A stretch of 64,000 bases of DNA from an uncultured virus (IMG/VR IMGVR_UViG_3300014826_000003) (taxonomy: Duplodnaviria > Heunggongvirae > Uroviricota > Caudoviricetes): the IMG/VR virus record IMGVR_UViG_3300014826_000003; one strand, 5' to 3'. Below, one piece after another: positions 28,529 through 37,935 of this stretch (the stretch's first letter is position 1; every line of letters begins with the position of its first letter). The position numbers and the translations under genes were made by a program. The notes under the pieces were generated by a model, which was not told where the DNA came from, searched no databases, and saw only the letters and a list, made by a program, of their open reading frames with translations.

Positions 28529-29038
28529 ATGACTAAAGTAGGTAAACATCTAGTGCGTAATGATTCTTGGGATAGGTACAAGAGACATATTACTCAATTC
28601 CTAAACCAAGATTCAGGTAGACAAACCATAATCTGGGCTAAGAGAGTTAAACCTCTCCTAACCCATGCCGAGGACAAGATACCTCATTATCACAGGTTAG
28701 AGATTGAGGCTCTTTGCTATTATAATGCTTTTCGTAACTGGCCAATCAATAACCCCTCAGTTTCTGGAGAAACCGATGAAGAGAACCTCTCCATCATGGT
28801 ATCTAGGAAGTACATAGAGGAGTATAGAGGAGGCTTGTTCTGGAAGCATAATGAGACTGCTACAGGTGTAGAAACTGATGGCTATTGGGACTTTGACTGG
28901 CAACGGGATAGGTTCGTAATAAATGGTATAACTTACCGACCTACAGGTGACACTCAAGTAGCTCAAGCAAAAGATGAAGCTCTTGTATTTCTTGTGATTC
29001 TGAAACGAGATAGAGACACCGAACTGAAATACATTTAA
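28529..29038 (+). CDS. head closure protein (putative)
   Basis: DRFVINGITYR motif; synteny. Confidence 0.5.
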   Translation: MTKVGKHLVRNDSWDRYKRHITQFLNQDSGRQTIIWAKRVKPLLTHAEDKIPHYHRLEIEALCYYNAFRNWPINNPSVSGETDEENLSIMVSRKYIEEYRGGLFWKHNETATGVETDGYWDFDWQRDRFVINGITYRPTGDTQVAQAKDEALVFLVILKRDRDTELKYI

Positions 29039-29043
29039 GAAGT

Positions 29044-29472
29044 ATGGCAAAATTCCTAAACTTACGCTGGACTAGGGTAAAGTCAGAGAAGAACACCCCT
29101 GAGGGTTACTACTATGACTCCAACTTGGTAAAGCTTAACAGTTCTGCTGACATTCAGGTTCAGTTGGATAGTGAGGATGATGTTGAGATCAGTTATCTCC
29201 TGAGTCTATCTGGAGATCGCTTTGTCTCCATCACCCAGGACTACTTTGCTAAACTTCACATCAGGCCGGTCCCCGTAAAAGGTATGGGTCAAATCGTGAA
29301 GTTTAGAATCAACAAGCTTCCGGATTACGCTGTAGTAATTGGCGACGATATCGAAGATGCCGGTGATGTTAACCCTGACGATGAATCGGATATCAAAAAC
29401 GGCTTTGCCGGGTCAGAAGGTGAATATTTCCGGGATAAGAATTCTGAGGTATTGGTAGGCAAAAACTCTTAA
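29044..29472 (+). CDS. hypothetical virion protein
   Basis: ORF before the fibre gene. Confidence 0.55.
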   Translation: MAKFLNLRWTRVKSEKNTPEGYYYDSNLVKLNSSADIQVQLDSEDDVEISYLLSLSGDRFVSITQDYFAKLHIRPVPVKGMGQIVKFRINKLPDYAVVIGDDIEDAGDVNPDDESDIKNGFAGSEGEYFRDKNSEVLVGKNS

Positions 29473-29485
29473 ACAATAATAAATT

Positions 29486-32400
29486 ATGTACGTATCAAAG
29501 TATTATACCTGCGAAGAAATCGATGAACGGTTATTGAAAGGTTACTACGATGACTTTGTAAATGCCGGATTCGTTGGTACACAGGAGGAGTTCTTCCGTT
29601 TCGTACTGTCTATCTCCAACAAGGTAGACAAGGAGGAAGGTAAGGGCTTATCTACCAATGATTTCACCGATGAGCTCAAGGAAAAGCTTGATAGCATAGA
29701 TGAGGGTGCCAAACTTATCACAAAGGTCTCTCAGTTAGAGAATGACCTCAACTACCAGACCGCTGAACAAGTACAGGCTGCAATCGATGCTCTTATCAAT
29801 GCTGCTCCGGAAGCTCTTGATACTCTAAAAGAGTTGGCTGAGGCTTTGGGTAATGATCCTAACTTTGCTACCAACATCGTTAATAAGTTGACCCAAGTAC
29901 AGGCTCAGCTTAACGATGAGATAGCTAGGGCTACTCAGGCAGAGGCTGACCTTGGTGCTCGAATCGATAATCTGGGAGGAGACCTGGAGACTAAGGTCCA
30001 GGCTCTAAACGATAAGATTGATGCTACAAAGGCTGCTCTTGAGGAAAAGATCCAAGCAGTCCAGGATAAGCTTGATGCTGACAAGGCTGACCTTGCCGAT
30101 TTCAAGGTAAAGGAGGCTGAGGATATAGCTCAAGCTAAGGAACAGGCTCATCAGGAAGTAGATGCCGAGAAAACTCGTGCTATGGCTGCTGAGGCTGATC
30201 TCCAGCAAGGCTTGGACACTTTGGAACAAAAGGAGGTTGCTGATATTTCCAACCTCCAGCAGCAGATTACTCAGGAGGCAGCTTTACGTGCTCAGAAGGA
30301 TCAGTCCTTGACTGACCAACTGGCGAATGAAACTGCTGCTCGTCAAACTGCAGATCAAACTCTGCAGCAGAATATCGACCAAGAGGTAACAAACCGAGAG
30401 GCTGCTATCGAGGCCCTTGAACAGGAACTTCAATCCGACCTGTCTGCCCGTCAGACTGAGCTTAATGCTAAGATCGATACTGAGATATCCGATAGAAAGG
30501 CTGGTGACTTACAGAACCAGACTGACTTGGCTGTTGAAAGATCTGAACGTCAATCAGAGGATGCAATCATCAACCATAAGATTGAGGATTTGCAGTCTGC
30601 TATGTCTGGTCAACAGGATACTCTTCTCCAGAAGATCAACCAGGAGATTCAGGATCGTACTGATGCTGATGCTCTACTGGATGAGAAGAAGGTAGATAAG
30701 AGGGAAGGTTATGATCTCTCAAAGAACAACTTTACCGACGAGCTTCTTAACAAACTGAATAACATTCAGGAGGGAGCTAATAAGGTAGAGAAGGTTTCAG
30801 AGTTACTCAATGACCTTGACTTCCAAACTGGTGAACAGGTAGAAGCTAAAATTCAAGAGCTTATAGGTAGTGCTCCTGATTTGCTTGATACCCTCGAGGA
30901 AATCGCTAGAGCTTTGGGTGAAGATCCGAACTTTGCGGCTACTATGACTCGTAAGCTTACAGCTTTGACTGAACAGCTTAATGCAGAAATAGAGACTCGT
31001 CAGGAAAAGGATACTGATCTCCAAACTCGCTTGGCTCAAGAGGTTCAGGACCGTAAGGATGCAGATGCTCTCATCCGTGAATCATTGGCAGAAGAGAAAG
31101 CTAACCGTCAGGAAAAGGATCAGGTTCTTAGGGATCTGATTGATACTAACAAGGCGGCTCAGGATGCAGTTAATGCTTCTGTGGCTGATGAGTTAGCTGA
31201 TCTCAAGCAGGATCAAAGCTCCGGCATGAACGAGCTCCGAGGTCTGATAGACACCAACATCGCTAACATACAGCGTAACTTCGAAATCCTCCAAGCTATT
31301 CAAGCTACCTTCGGGGATGTAGAAACGTTGGTTAACGAGAAGGTAGCTGCTGAGAAAACTCGAGCTGAGGCTAAGGAAGCTGAATTACTCCAGAGGATTC
31401 AGGAGCTAGTAACCGATTACACTACAAAGATAAATACTCTTAACAGTACGCTTTCGGCCGCACTAGAGGCAGAAAAGACGGCTCGACAGGATGCCGATGC
31501 TGAACTACGAGAGTTAATCAATGAGGGTAGCGGTAGCTTAGCTGAGGAAAAGGCTGCTCGTGAGTTAGGTGATACTCAGCTCCAGTCTCAGATTGATTCT
31601 GAGAAGGTAGCTAGGGAAACATCCGATACTCAGAACCTGCAGAAGATTACTCAGGAGATCCAAGATCGTAAGGATGCTGACAATGAGATCAAAACTTCGG
31701 TTAACACCGAAAGATCAGAACGTCAGGCTGCCGATGATGCTGAAGAGGCTGCTCGTATTGCTGCTGATGATGCCTTGAGAACTCAGATAGGTTCTCAATC
31801 AGAGGCTCTGCTCAATGAGAAAGCTGAACGTCAGGCTGCAGATACCACTCTACAGACTAACATCAATAACGAGAAGACTTCTCGTGAAACTGCTGATAAT
31901 AACCTCCAGGTTCAGATCGATGCTAATAAGACTAACCTGGAAAATGAGACTAATCAACGTACTCTTGGTGATCAGCAGTTGACACAGAAGATCAACAAGG
32001 AGATCGATGATCGAGTTGCAGAGATCGCAAGATTAGATGCTCTTATACAACAGAAGCAAGATATCCTTAGATTAGGTTATGGCTTGGCTTTTGACCAAGA
32101 GGGTTTACTCAATGTAACTATCGATGGTACCATATACAAGATCGTAGGTTCATTACCAGAGCGACCTGCTACTGGTATGGAAGGTAAGATCTATTGCGTA
32201 CCAGTGGCTTCTGCTGGAGCTCAGAATGTTTACACGGAGTACCTCTGGATAGAGGATTCTCAGTCTTGGGAAATCATCGGTACATTCAGTCCTGAGATAG
32301 ACCTTACACCGTATGCTACTATTGAGTGGGTAACTGCTGAACTGGCTGCTAAGTCTACAGCAATAGAGTCTCTTACACAGGCTCTGGCTGATGAAACAGT

Positions 32401-32929
32401 AGAGAGGAAGGCTAAGTACAACGAGCTCCAGGAAGCTCTTAATACTGAGAAGGCTAACCGACAGGAAGCTGATTCACTCCTCAACGGTCGTATAGATCAG
32501 ACTAATACAGCCCTACTCCTTGAGGTTCAGGATCGTAAGATTGCTGATCAGGGCTTGAAGAATGACATCACAAATGAGTCTGCTGCTAGGGTACTCGGGG
32601 ATCAGCAACTACAGCTTAACTTGGATCAGGAGGCTACAGCTCGACAGGAAGCCGATGGAGTACTTGATCAGAAGATTGAGGATGTTAAAACCGAAGTTGA
32701 GGAAACTCAGCAAGGTAAGATTGATGAACTTAATCAGAAGATCGAGGAACTGGAGGCTAAGATGGAAGAGCTCCCAACAGAACCTCTTACAACTGAAGAT
32801 ATCGAAACTATCTACAGGGAGGTTTATGATCCGGATTATGATCCTGATGCTCCAGACGATGAAGGTCCACTTTCCTATGACGATATCCTCGATATATTCG
32901 AAGAAGTTTATGGTTATAGACCAGAATAA
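29486..32929 (+). CDS. long coiled-coil fibre protein (1147 aa)
   Basis: Two copies of KVDK..G..LS.N.FTDEL...AP..LDTL.E.A.ALG.DPNFA; many E..AR..AD..L repeats. Confidence 0.75.
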   Translation: MYVSKYYTCEEIDERLLKGYYDDFVNAGFVGTQEEFFRFVLSISNKVDKEEGKGLSTNDFTDELKEKLDSIDEGAKLITKVSQLENDLNYQTAEQVQAAIDALINAAPEALDTLKELAEALGNDPNFATNIVNKLTQVQAQLNDEIARATQAEADLGARIDNLGGDLETKVQALNDKIDATKAALEEKIQAVQDKLDADKADLADFKVKEAEDIAQAKEQAHQEVDAEKTRAMAAEADLQQGLDTLEQKEVADISNLQQQITQEAALRAQKDQSLTDQLANETAARQTADQTLQQNIDQEVTNREAAIEALEQELQSDLSARQTELNAKIDTEISDRKAGDLQNQTDLAVERSERQSEDAIINHKIEDLQSAMSGQQDTLLQKINQEIQDRTDADALLDEKKVDKREGYDLSKNNFTDELLNKLNNIQEGANKVEKVSELLNDLDFQTGEQVEAKIQELIGSAPDLLDTLEEIARALGEDPNFAATMTRKLTALTEQLNAEIETRQEKDTDLQTRLAQEVQDRKDADALIRESLAEEKANRQEKDQVLRDLIDTNKAAQDAVNASVADELADLKQDQSSGMNELRGLIDTNIANIQRNFEILQAIQATFGDVETLVNEKVAAEKTRAEAKEAELLQRIQELVTDYTTKINTLNSTLSAALEAEKTARQDADAELRELINEGSGSLAEEKAARELGDTQLQSQIDSEKVARETSDTQNLQKITQEIQDRKDADNEIKTSVNTERSERQAADDAEEAARIAADDALRTQIGSQSEALLNEKAERQAADTTLQTNINNEKTSRETADNNLQVQIDANKTNLENETNQRTLGDQQLTQKINKEIDDRVAEIARLDALIQQKQDILRLGYGLAFDQEGLLNVTIDGTIYKIVGSLPERPATGMEGKIYCVPVASAGAQNVYTEYLWIEDSQSWEIIGTFSPEIDLTPYATIEWVTAELAAKSTAIESLTQALADETVERKAKYNELQEALNTEKANRQEADSLLNGRIDQTNTALLLEVQDRKIADQGLKNDITNESAARVLGDQQLQLNLDQEATARQEADGVLDQKIEDVKTEVEETQQGKIDELNQKIEELEAKMEELPTEPLTTEDIETIYREVYDPDYDPDAPDDEGPLSYDDILDIFEEVYGYRPE

Positions 32930-32968
32930 TTCACAACAATTAACAACAAATTAAAATCAAAGTAAACT

Positions 32969-33721
32969 ATGGCAAAGTATGTTGACAGTGCCGGTCTTAG
33001 ACAGGCGATGGAACTCCAGAAGTTGTACATTGATGCTCAGGTAGGAACCAAGCAGGATTCCTTCAGTGTCGGTACAGGTCTTTCACTGAACAACGGTGTT
33101 CTTGAGATCACCCTCGATCACACCATCTACAAGTTGCTCCAGACTCTGCCCGCTGAACCCGCTTCAGGTGATGAGAACAAGATCCACCTGATCCCCTCAG
33201 GTCAGCAGGATGCTCAGGGTAACAACATCTACGTTGAGTACATCTGGGTAGCCAGCGAGAACAAGTGGGAGAAGCTGGGTGAGCACAAGCTCGACGTAGA
33301 CCTGACTCCTTACCAGAGAATCGCTGACATCGTGGCTACGGTAAGTGCTTCCGGTGTTAACTTCTCGAAGGATGGTGGTACATCTAACTTCGCAAGCATG
33401 GTATTCGACCAGGCCAGCGACTTCGTTGGTACAGTAAACGGTACTCAGGTAAGCTTCGCTCTGAAGAACGTCCTCCAGGCTGCCGTAGCATCTGGCCTCT
33501 ACAAGATTGCCGTTGATGCTAAGGGCCGCGTAACTGGTACAGCCGCTGTTCAGCTCTCCGATCTGACCGATCTTGGTGTTGCTACTGCTGCTTCAGTTAC
33601 GGCTCTCGAAGGTCGTGTATCTGCCCTGGAGACTTGGAAGAACGATCCGCTGACCACAGCGGAGGTGGTTACCATGTTCAATGAGATCTATGGTACCTCC
33701 TACAGTGCTTCAGGCAACTAA
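32969..33721 (+). CDS. fibre-associated protein
   Basis: Shares the IYK...LP.....KI....N.Y.EY.W....WE..G....DLTPY domain with the 1147-aa fibre; YKIAVDAKGRVTG fibre motif. Confidence 0.7.
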   Translation: MAKYVDSAGLRQAMELQKLYIDAQVGTKQDSFSVGTGLSLNNGVLEITLDHTIYKLLQTLPAEPASGDENKIHLIPSGQQDAQGNNIYVEYIWVASENKWEKLGEHKLDVDLTPYQRIADIVATVSASGVNFSKDGGTSNFASMVFDQASDFVGTVNGTQVSFALKNVLQAAVASGLYKIAVDAKGRVTGTAAVQLSDLTDLGVATAASVTALEGRVSALETWKNDPLTTAEVVTMFNEIYGTSYSASGN

Positions 33722-33741
33722 GTCTGTAAGAAGGCTTTAAC

Positions 33742-33766
33742 AGGAGTGGGGTAATCCCACTCCTTT
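33742..33766 (+). terminator. terminator hairpin
   Basis: aggagtggg-gtaat-cccactcct followed by tt. Confidence 0.65.
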
Positions 33767-33797
33767 CTGTGTTTTTATTAACTTAATGTAAATCAAT

Positions 33798-35849
33798 ATG
33801 ACGAAGTATGTTTCCAAATCAGCTCTTCGCCAAGAGATGGACCTTACCCATCGATACATCGATGAGAAGGATGCCGTTCAGGCCAGAGCTATTGCTTCTG
33901 AAGCAGAACAACGGGCTTTAGAAACTGCTGCTCTCAACGAGAAAGCAAAGGACCTCACTAAGGAGGTAAACAGATTAGGATTAACTACTTCTGAGGCTTA
34001 CGTAGTAGCTGAGTATACCAAGGGTGCAAATGATTATGCACCAGTGGAAACTAAGGGTGACACATCAGTGCTTACCAAGTTGTATAACTTCTACTTGCTA
34101 GACACAACCGATAACCGTGGTCAGAAGACCAAGCCGGTTGGCAAGTTGAAGAAAAACAACCTGCTCCGTTTCACTGACGGTACCTTTGCTCCTACAGTAG
34201 GCATCACTCAGGAGATGTATAATCAGTGTATGGGCCATGACATCTACACCGAAGAAGGTGGCGTCTATACGAAGGTATATGATGCAGGAGCTTATGATGC
34301 CGAAGCTCAGTGGGAGGTTGATAAGGCCTTGATCAAGGCTGGTTCAGCTGCTCAGACTCTCTACATGTCTGATGATGGAGAGACTTACACTGCAGTAACT
34401 CATACCCTCCGTCCGTGGGAAACTACAGAAACCAAGTACACCATTGGCTTGGCTGCTGGTATGGACATCTACCCAGTGGATAACCAGGAGGGTGATGATG
34501 GTAAGTACTACAAAGGTCTCTTCTTTGAGGCTGGTACTTGGAACGGTATTGAACTCTCCGAGGAGAACAAGATCGCTCCTACTGCTATCGGACCTTGCCC
34601 AGTTACTACCATACAGGAGAACGGTCTTATCAAGACACGTAACTTCTTCTACCTGTATAAGGGTATGACCAACTGCCAGAGTAACGGTGGCTTACTGCCT
34701 AACCACGATTTCGTGGAGGACCGTACCTATCCTCGTGTCAATGACATGAATCAGGTAAACAATATGCGGTATGCTCGTAACAACAACTACGATGTTGCTA
34801 AGCCGTACCCATTTGCTGAGGGTGGATATCCTGCTACTAATGCTTTCATTATTGCACTAGAACTGCTTGCAGGTACACGTTACTTACACCAAGCTAACCT
34901 GTTTGGTTCAGGTATCTCCTCGAACGACGGTTGCAATGAGGGTAACTTCTTTACCTCCGGTGGTGTTCGTCTCCGTGCACAGGGTGATACAGACTGGAAC
35001 TATAAGACTTTCGGAACTAACTCGAGCCCGCTGCAGTACAATGCTTCTGGTTCAACTTCTGATATGTCTCAAGTTCTTTCTGACTACTATCCGAAAGAGC
35101 AGTGCATGGAATCTCAGATGGCAGCTTCTTATGCTGCTGAGCTGGGTATCAATCCTACGGTAGATGCCGCTAACCCGAACTACTTCGAGTTCTATGGCAG
35201 TAAGTACTACTACATGAATGTTCCTGGTATGAACGGTCTCCGTGACGGTGACATGAACGTACGAGTATACAAGTACATTCAGAAGGAAGTAAGTGCTTAC
35301 AAGGCTAATGCTGCTACTACATTCGAGGTAGAGGTTATCCTTCGTATGTCTCTGTTCGGAGGTGCTAACCTGAGTGGTGATATCTGGGCTTACAATGGAG
35401 GTGGTTTGGAGATGGTAGGTAGTTGTACGGTTAATCCTAGCACGTCACGTGTAGGCAACAAGATCGACATCTACGTAGAACCAGACCAGACCAAGTGGCA
35501 TTCAGAGACCGTTATCTCGAAGAATGGTTTGGACCAGGTATTCGGATTTGAGGCTTTGTATCGACACGTACTGGAGACCACGAACTTGGGAGACAGCTAT
35601 ACTCTTACTCGTGAAGGCTTTACTCCGTGGAAGACGGCTAAGGCTAGTTCCATGGCACAGGGAGAATGCTACCACCAGTGGGACAACAACTACTGGGGAT
35701 CTCTTAATCAGCGAGTGCGGATCGAGTCGCTCTTCCGCGGTTGGTCCCTTTACGCTAACTGTTCTCCTCGGACCCTGGATGCGAATTACGCTGCCTCAAA
35801 TACGTATCGGGCCTCCTCTGGTTCTGCCCAGGCTCTTATCGAGCCGTAG
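33798..35849 (+). CDS. DGR target protein (receptor-binding/fibre tip, probable C-type-lectin fold)
   Basis: The 3' end carries the VR; NLSGDIWAY resembles the GN(V)WEW motif of CLec/FGE-fold DGR targets. Confidence 0.85.
   Translation: MTKYVSKSALRQEMDLTHRYIDEKDAVQARAIASEAEQRALETAALNEKAKDLTKEVNRLGLTTSEAYVVAEYTKGANDYAPVETKGDTSVLTKLYNFYLLDTTDNRGQKTKPVGKLKKNNLLRFTDGTFAPTVGITQEMYNQCMGHDIYTEEGGVYTKVYDAGAYDAEAQWEVDKALIKAGSAAQTLYMSDDGETYTAVTHTLRPWETTETKYTIGLAAGMDIYPVDNQEGDDGKYYKGLFFEAGTWNGIELSEENKIAPTAIGPCPVTTIQENGLIKTRNFFYLYKGMTNCQSNGGLLPNHDFVEDRTYPRVNDMNQVNNMRYARNNNYDVAKPYPFAEGGYPATNAFIIALELLAGTRYLHQANLFGSGISSNDGCNEGNFFTSGGVRLRAQGDTDWNYKTFGTNSSPLQYNASGSTSDMSQVLSDYYPKEQCMESQMAASYAAELGINPTVDAANPNYFEFYGSKYYYMNVPGMNGLRDGDMNVRVYKYIQKEVSAYKANAATTFEVEVILRMSLFGGANLSGDIWAYNGGGLEMVGSCTVNPSTSRVGNKIDIYVEPDQTKWHSETVISKNGLDQVFGFEALYRHVLETTNLGDSYTLTREGFTPWKTAKASSMAQGECYHQWDNNYWGSLNQRVRIESLFRGWSLYANCSPRTLDANYAASNTYRASSGSAQALIEP
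35718..35830 (+). repeat. DGR variable repeat (VR)
   Basis: 113-bp ungapped match to the TR with 15 mismatches, 14 opposite TR adenines. Confidence 0.95.
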
Positions 35850-35872
35850 GCGAGATAAAGAGACAGACCTCT

Positions 35873-35944
35873 CTCGTGCAACGAGGGTGCAACCCCTGCC
35901 GATGCAGTTTACTGCGAATAATCGGCTTATGGGGTTCGCACCCT
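35873..35944. promoter_or_regulatory. hairpin cluster downstream of the VR (DGR homing cis-element candidate)
   Basis: ctcgt-GCA-acgag; gggt-GCA-accc; long stem agggtgcaacccc...ggggttcgcaccct enclosing gccgat/atcggc. Confidence 0.65.
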
Positions 35945-36083
35945 TTACTTACAGTGATTATTAACATAAGTTTAACATATCCATTATTACTGGAACGCAA
36001 ATCCAAAAGGCTCTTGACAAGTACAGCATAAGGACTGCTACCTCTGAAACTTGACATTTTGGTTGAAAGAAAGGGATTCGGGT

Positions 36084-36196
36084 CGGATCAAGTCGCTCTT
36101 CCGCAGTAGGTCCAATAACGCTAACTGTTCTCCTCGGAACCTGAATGCGAATAACGCTGCCTCTAATACGAATCGGAACAACTCTGGTTCTGCCCA
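36084..36196 (+). ncRNA. DGR template repeat (TR)
   Basis: AAC/AAT-rich copy of the VR, intergenic, directly upstream of the RT. Confidence 0.95.
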
Positions 36197-36306
36197 CAAC
36201 CTCGGTAAGTATTTTCATGTGATAGAAATTCATATATCTACGAATTTCGTCAGAGGACGAGATGCCTGAATCTCTTCACCCAGGAGTGGTGGAACTATAA
36301 AAGACC

Positions 36307-37935
36307 ATGGATACGAATCAGACTTCTCTGATGGAGGTATCTACCAGGGCAAGTGGAAGAAATCGCCATAGTTCTGGTCAAAGCCCGAGGTCATGCAAGA
36401 GTACAAGTGGCGAAGAGTTAATGGCTCTATTGGGACCTGCTCCCAAGAAACCGAATCCTAACCACTTATTTGAGACGATCGATTTAGCTCTAGTAGAACA
36501 AGCTGCTAAGAAAGCTTTCGAAGGTCATAATAGCAAATCTGATGTTAAGGCTTTTAAAGCTAACTTTCAAACCCGAATAGAAAGGATTTACAATGCCATC
36601 AAGGATGGTACATACATCAACCTTATTGGCTACCGTAAATTGGTTAAGTATAACCACAAAAGGAAACGTCGGTTAATCGACTCCCCTAACCTAGATACTC
36701 GGATAATGCAGCATCTATGGCTTATTCTAATCGTACCAATCTATGAAAGTAAGGACAACGGTAACGGGATGAACTGCAAACCTGATCATGGAATAACTTC
36801 CGATGTTAAAAGGTTTAGCACTCTACATAATCAGAAACATCTGTATTATGATCTCAGAGAATTCAATTACCTACTCCTTATGGACCAACGTAAATGTTAC
36901 GAACATATTACACCTAAGATCTATAGGAAACAGATTAAACACTTTACTCACGACAAAGCGTTTATAGATTTCGGAGAGAAGATAGGTTTTATAAACAACA
37001 AACTTCCAATAGGTACTCCTACCTCTCCTTACATCCATCATATCTGTTTATGGGTTTCGGATGTATTTATTCGTGATAATACGGATTGGTCAGAAAGGTA
37101 TGCTGATGATAACGCTATGGCTTTTAAAACAATCGAAGATCTCAATGCTTTCAAGTGGAGACTTAAAAACCTTTGGTGGTACTGCTTACATCTAAGAGCT
37201 AAACGGCAGATGACCAGGGTACTTGAGATAAACAAGTGTCCTTTTGACTTCTGCGGTTATGTAGCTCATAGGAATCCGGGAAAATTAGTAGCAGAACACA
37301 ACAAAGGCTTTGTCAAAATGAGGGAGAAGACATTGCTTAGGGCAAAGTTAAAATGTAGGCAGGCTAATACTTCGGCTGAAAAGGTTAACCGTTCTTGGTC
37401 ATCTTATTTTGGTCAGATGCAACATGCGGATGCGTTCCGTGAGATGGAATCAATAGAGAAATCTAATATGAAGCTTAGAGCTCTAACTGACGAGATAAGG
37501 ATTGACCGTGAAATAGATGCTCCTACTGTCGATATTAAAGATCTACTCGGAAAGAAATTTAACCTGTACAGATACAGGATCAAGGAATACAAAGGAAAGC
37601 CTAATTGGCTCCAATGTCTTATCGGAAGTTCTGAGCAGTTACCTCTTAAGGATGTACCTGAACGGAACAAGAAGAAAAAGAAAGATACTACACGGCCTAC
37701 TAAGAAGTTAAAGAAGCTCAAAGATTCTGAAGATGATGTAGAGTATGCCTACGAGTTTCATGGAGACTATCAAGGTTTGATTGCGTATCTCCAAAAACTT
37801 GAAGACCAACATTCTGATGATCCACAATGGTTCATGCCTATAGAGGAGGCTGAAGTGGTGAAAGATGGAGAGTGGGTATTCAAGGGTAGTACAAACAAAA
37901 TTAAGTACATAAACAAGAAGAAATATTATGGTTGA
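36307..37935 (+). CDS. DGR reverse transcriptase with C-terminal extension (start may be ATG 36421)
   Basis: KRRLI, DTRIMQH, DQRKCYEHI, LPIGTPTSP, RYADD, DFCGY, SYFG motifs; adjacent TR/VR. Confidence 0.92.
   Translation: MDTNQTSLMEVSTRASGRNRHSSGQSPRSCKSTSGEELMALLGPAPKKPNPNHLFETIDLALVEQAAKKAFEGHNSKSDVKAFKANFQTRIERIYNAIKDGTYINLIGYRKLVKYNHKRKRRLIDSPNLDTRIMQHLWLILIVPIYESKDNGNGMNCKPDHGITSDVKRFSTLHNQKHLYYDLREFNYLLLMDQRKCYEHITPKIYRKQIKHFTHDKAFIDFGEKIGFINNKLPIGTPTSPYIHHICLWVSDVFIRDNTDWSERYADDNAMAFKTIEDLNAFKWRLKNLWWYCLHLRAKRQMTRVLEINKCPFDFCGYVAHRNPGKLVAEHNKGFVKMREKTLLRAKLKCRQANTSAEKVNRSWSSYFGQMQHADAFREMESIEKSNMKLRALTDEIRIDREIDAPTVDIKDLLGKKFNLYRYRIKEYKGKPNWLQCLIGSSEQLPLKDVPERNKKKKKDTTRPTKKLKKLKDSEDDVEYAYEFHGDYQGLIAYLQKLEDQHSDDPQWFMPIEEAEVVKDGEWVFKGSTNKIKYINKKKYYG

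Larger units (their letters stand above)
33798..37935 (+). mobile_element. diversity-generating retroelement cassette (target-VR, TR, RT)
   Basis: Adenine-specific VR/TR divergence plus an intact RT. Confidence 0.93.

Noticed and set aside
36014..36046. TTGACA...TACCTCTG as a TR promoter
   Set aside because: The -7 box deviates and the spacing differs by 2 bp from the eight clear promoters; cannot be supported
36051..36269. 72-aa ORF resembling the target's C-terminus
   Set aside because: It is the translated TR (Asn-rich because of AAY codons) with a TTG start; best explained as template RNA, not a protein gene
36307..37935. RT as a group II intron, retron or Abi RT
   Set aside because: No interrupted gene or intron domain V was seen, there is no VTG retron motif, and the adjacent A-specific TR/VR pair explains it as a DGR
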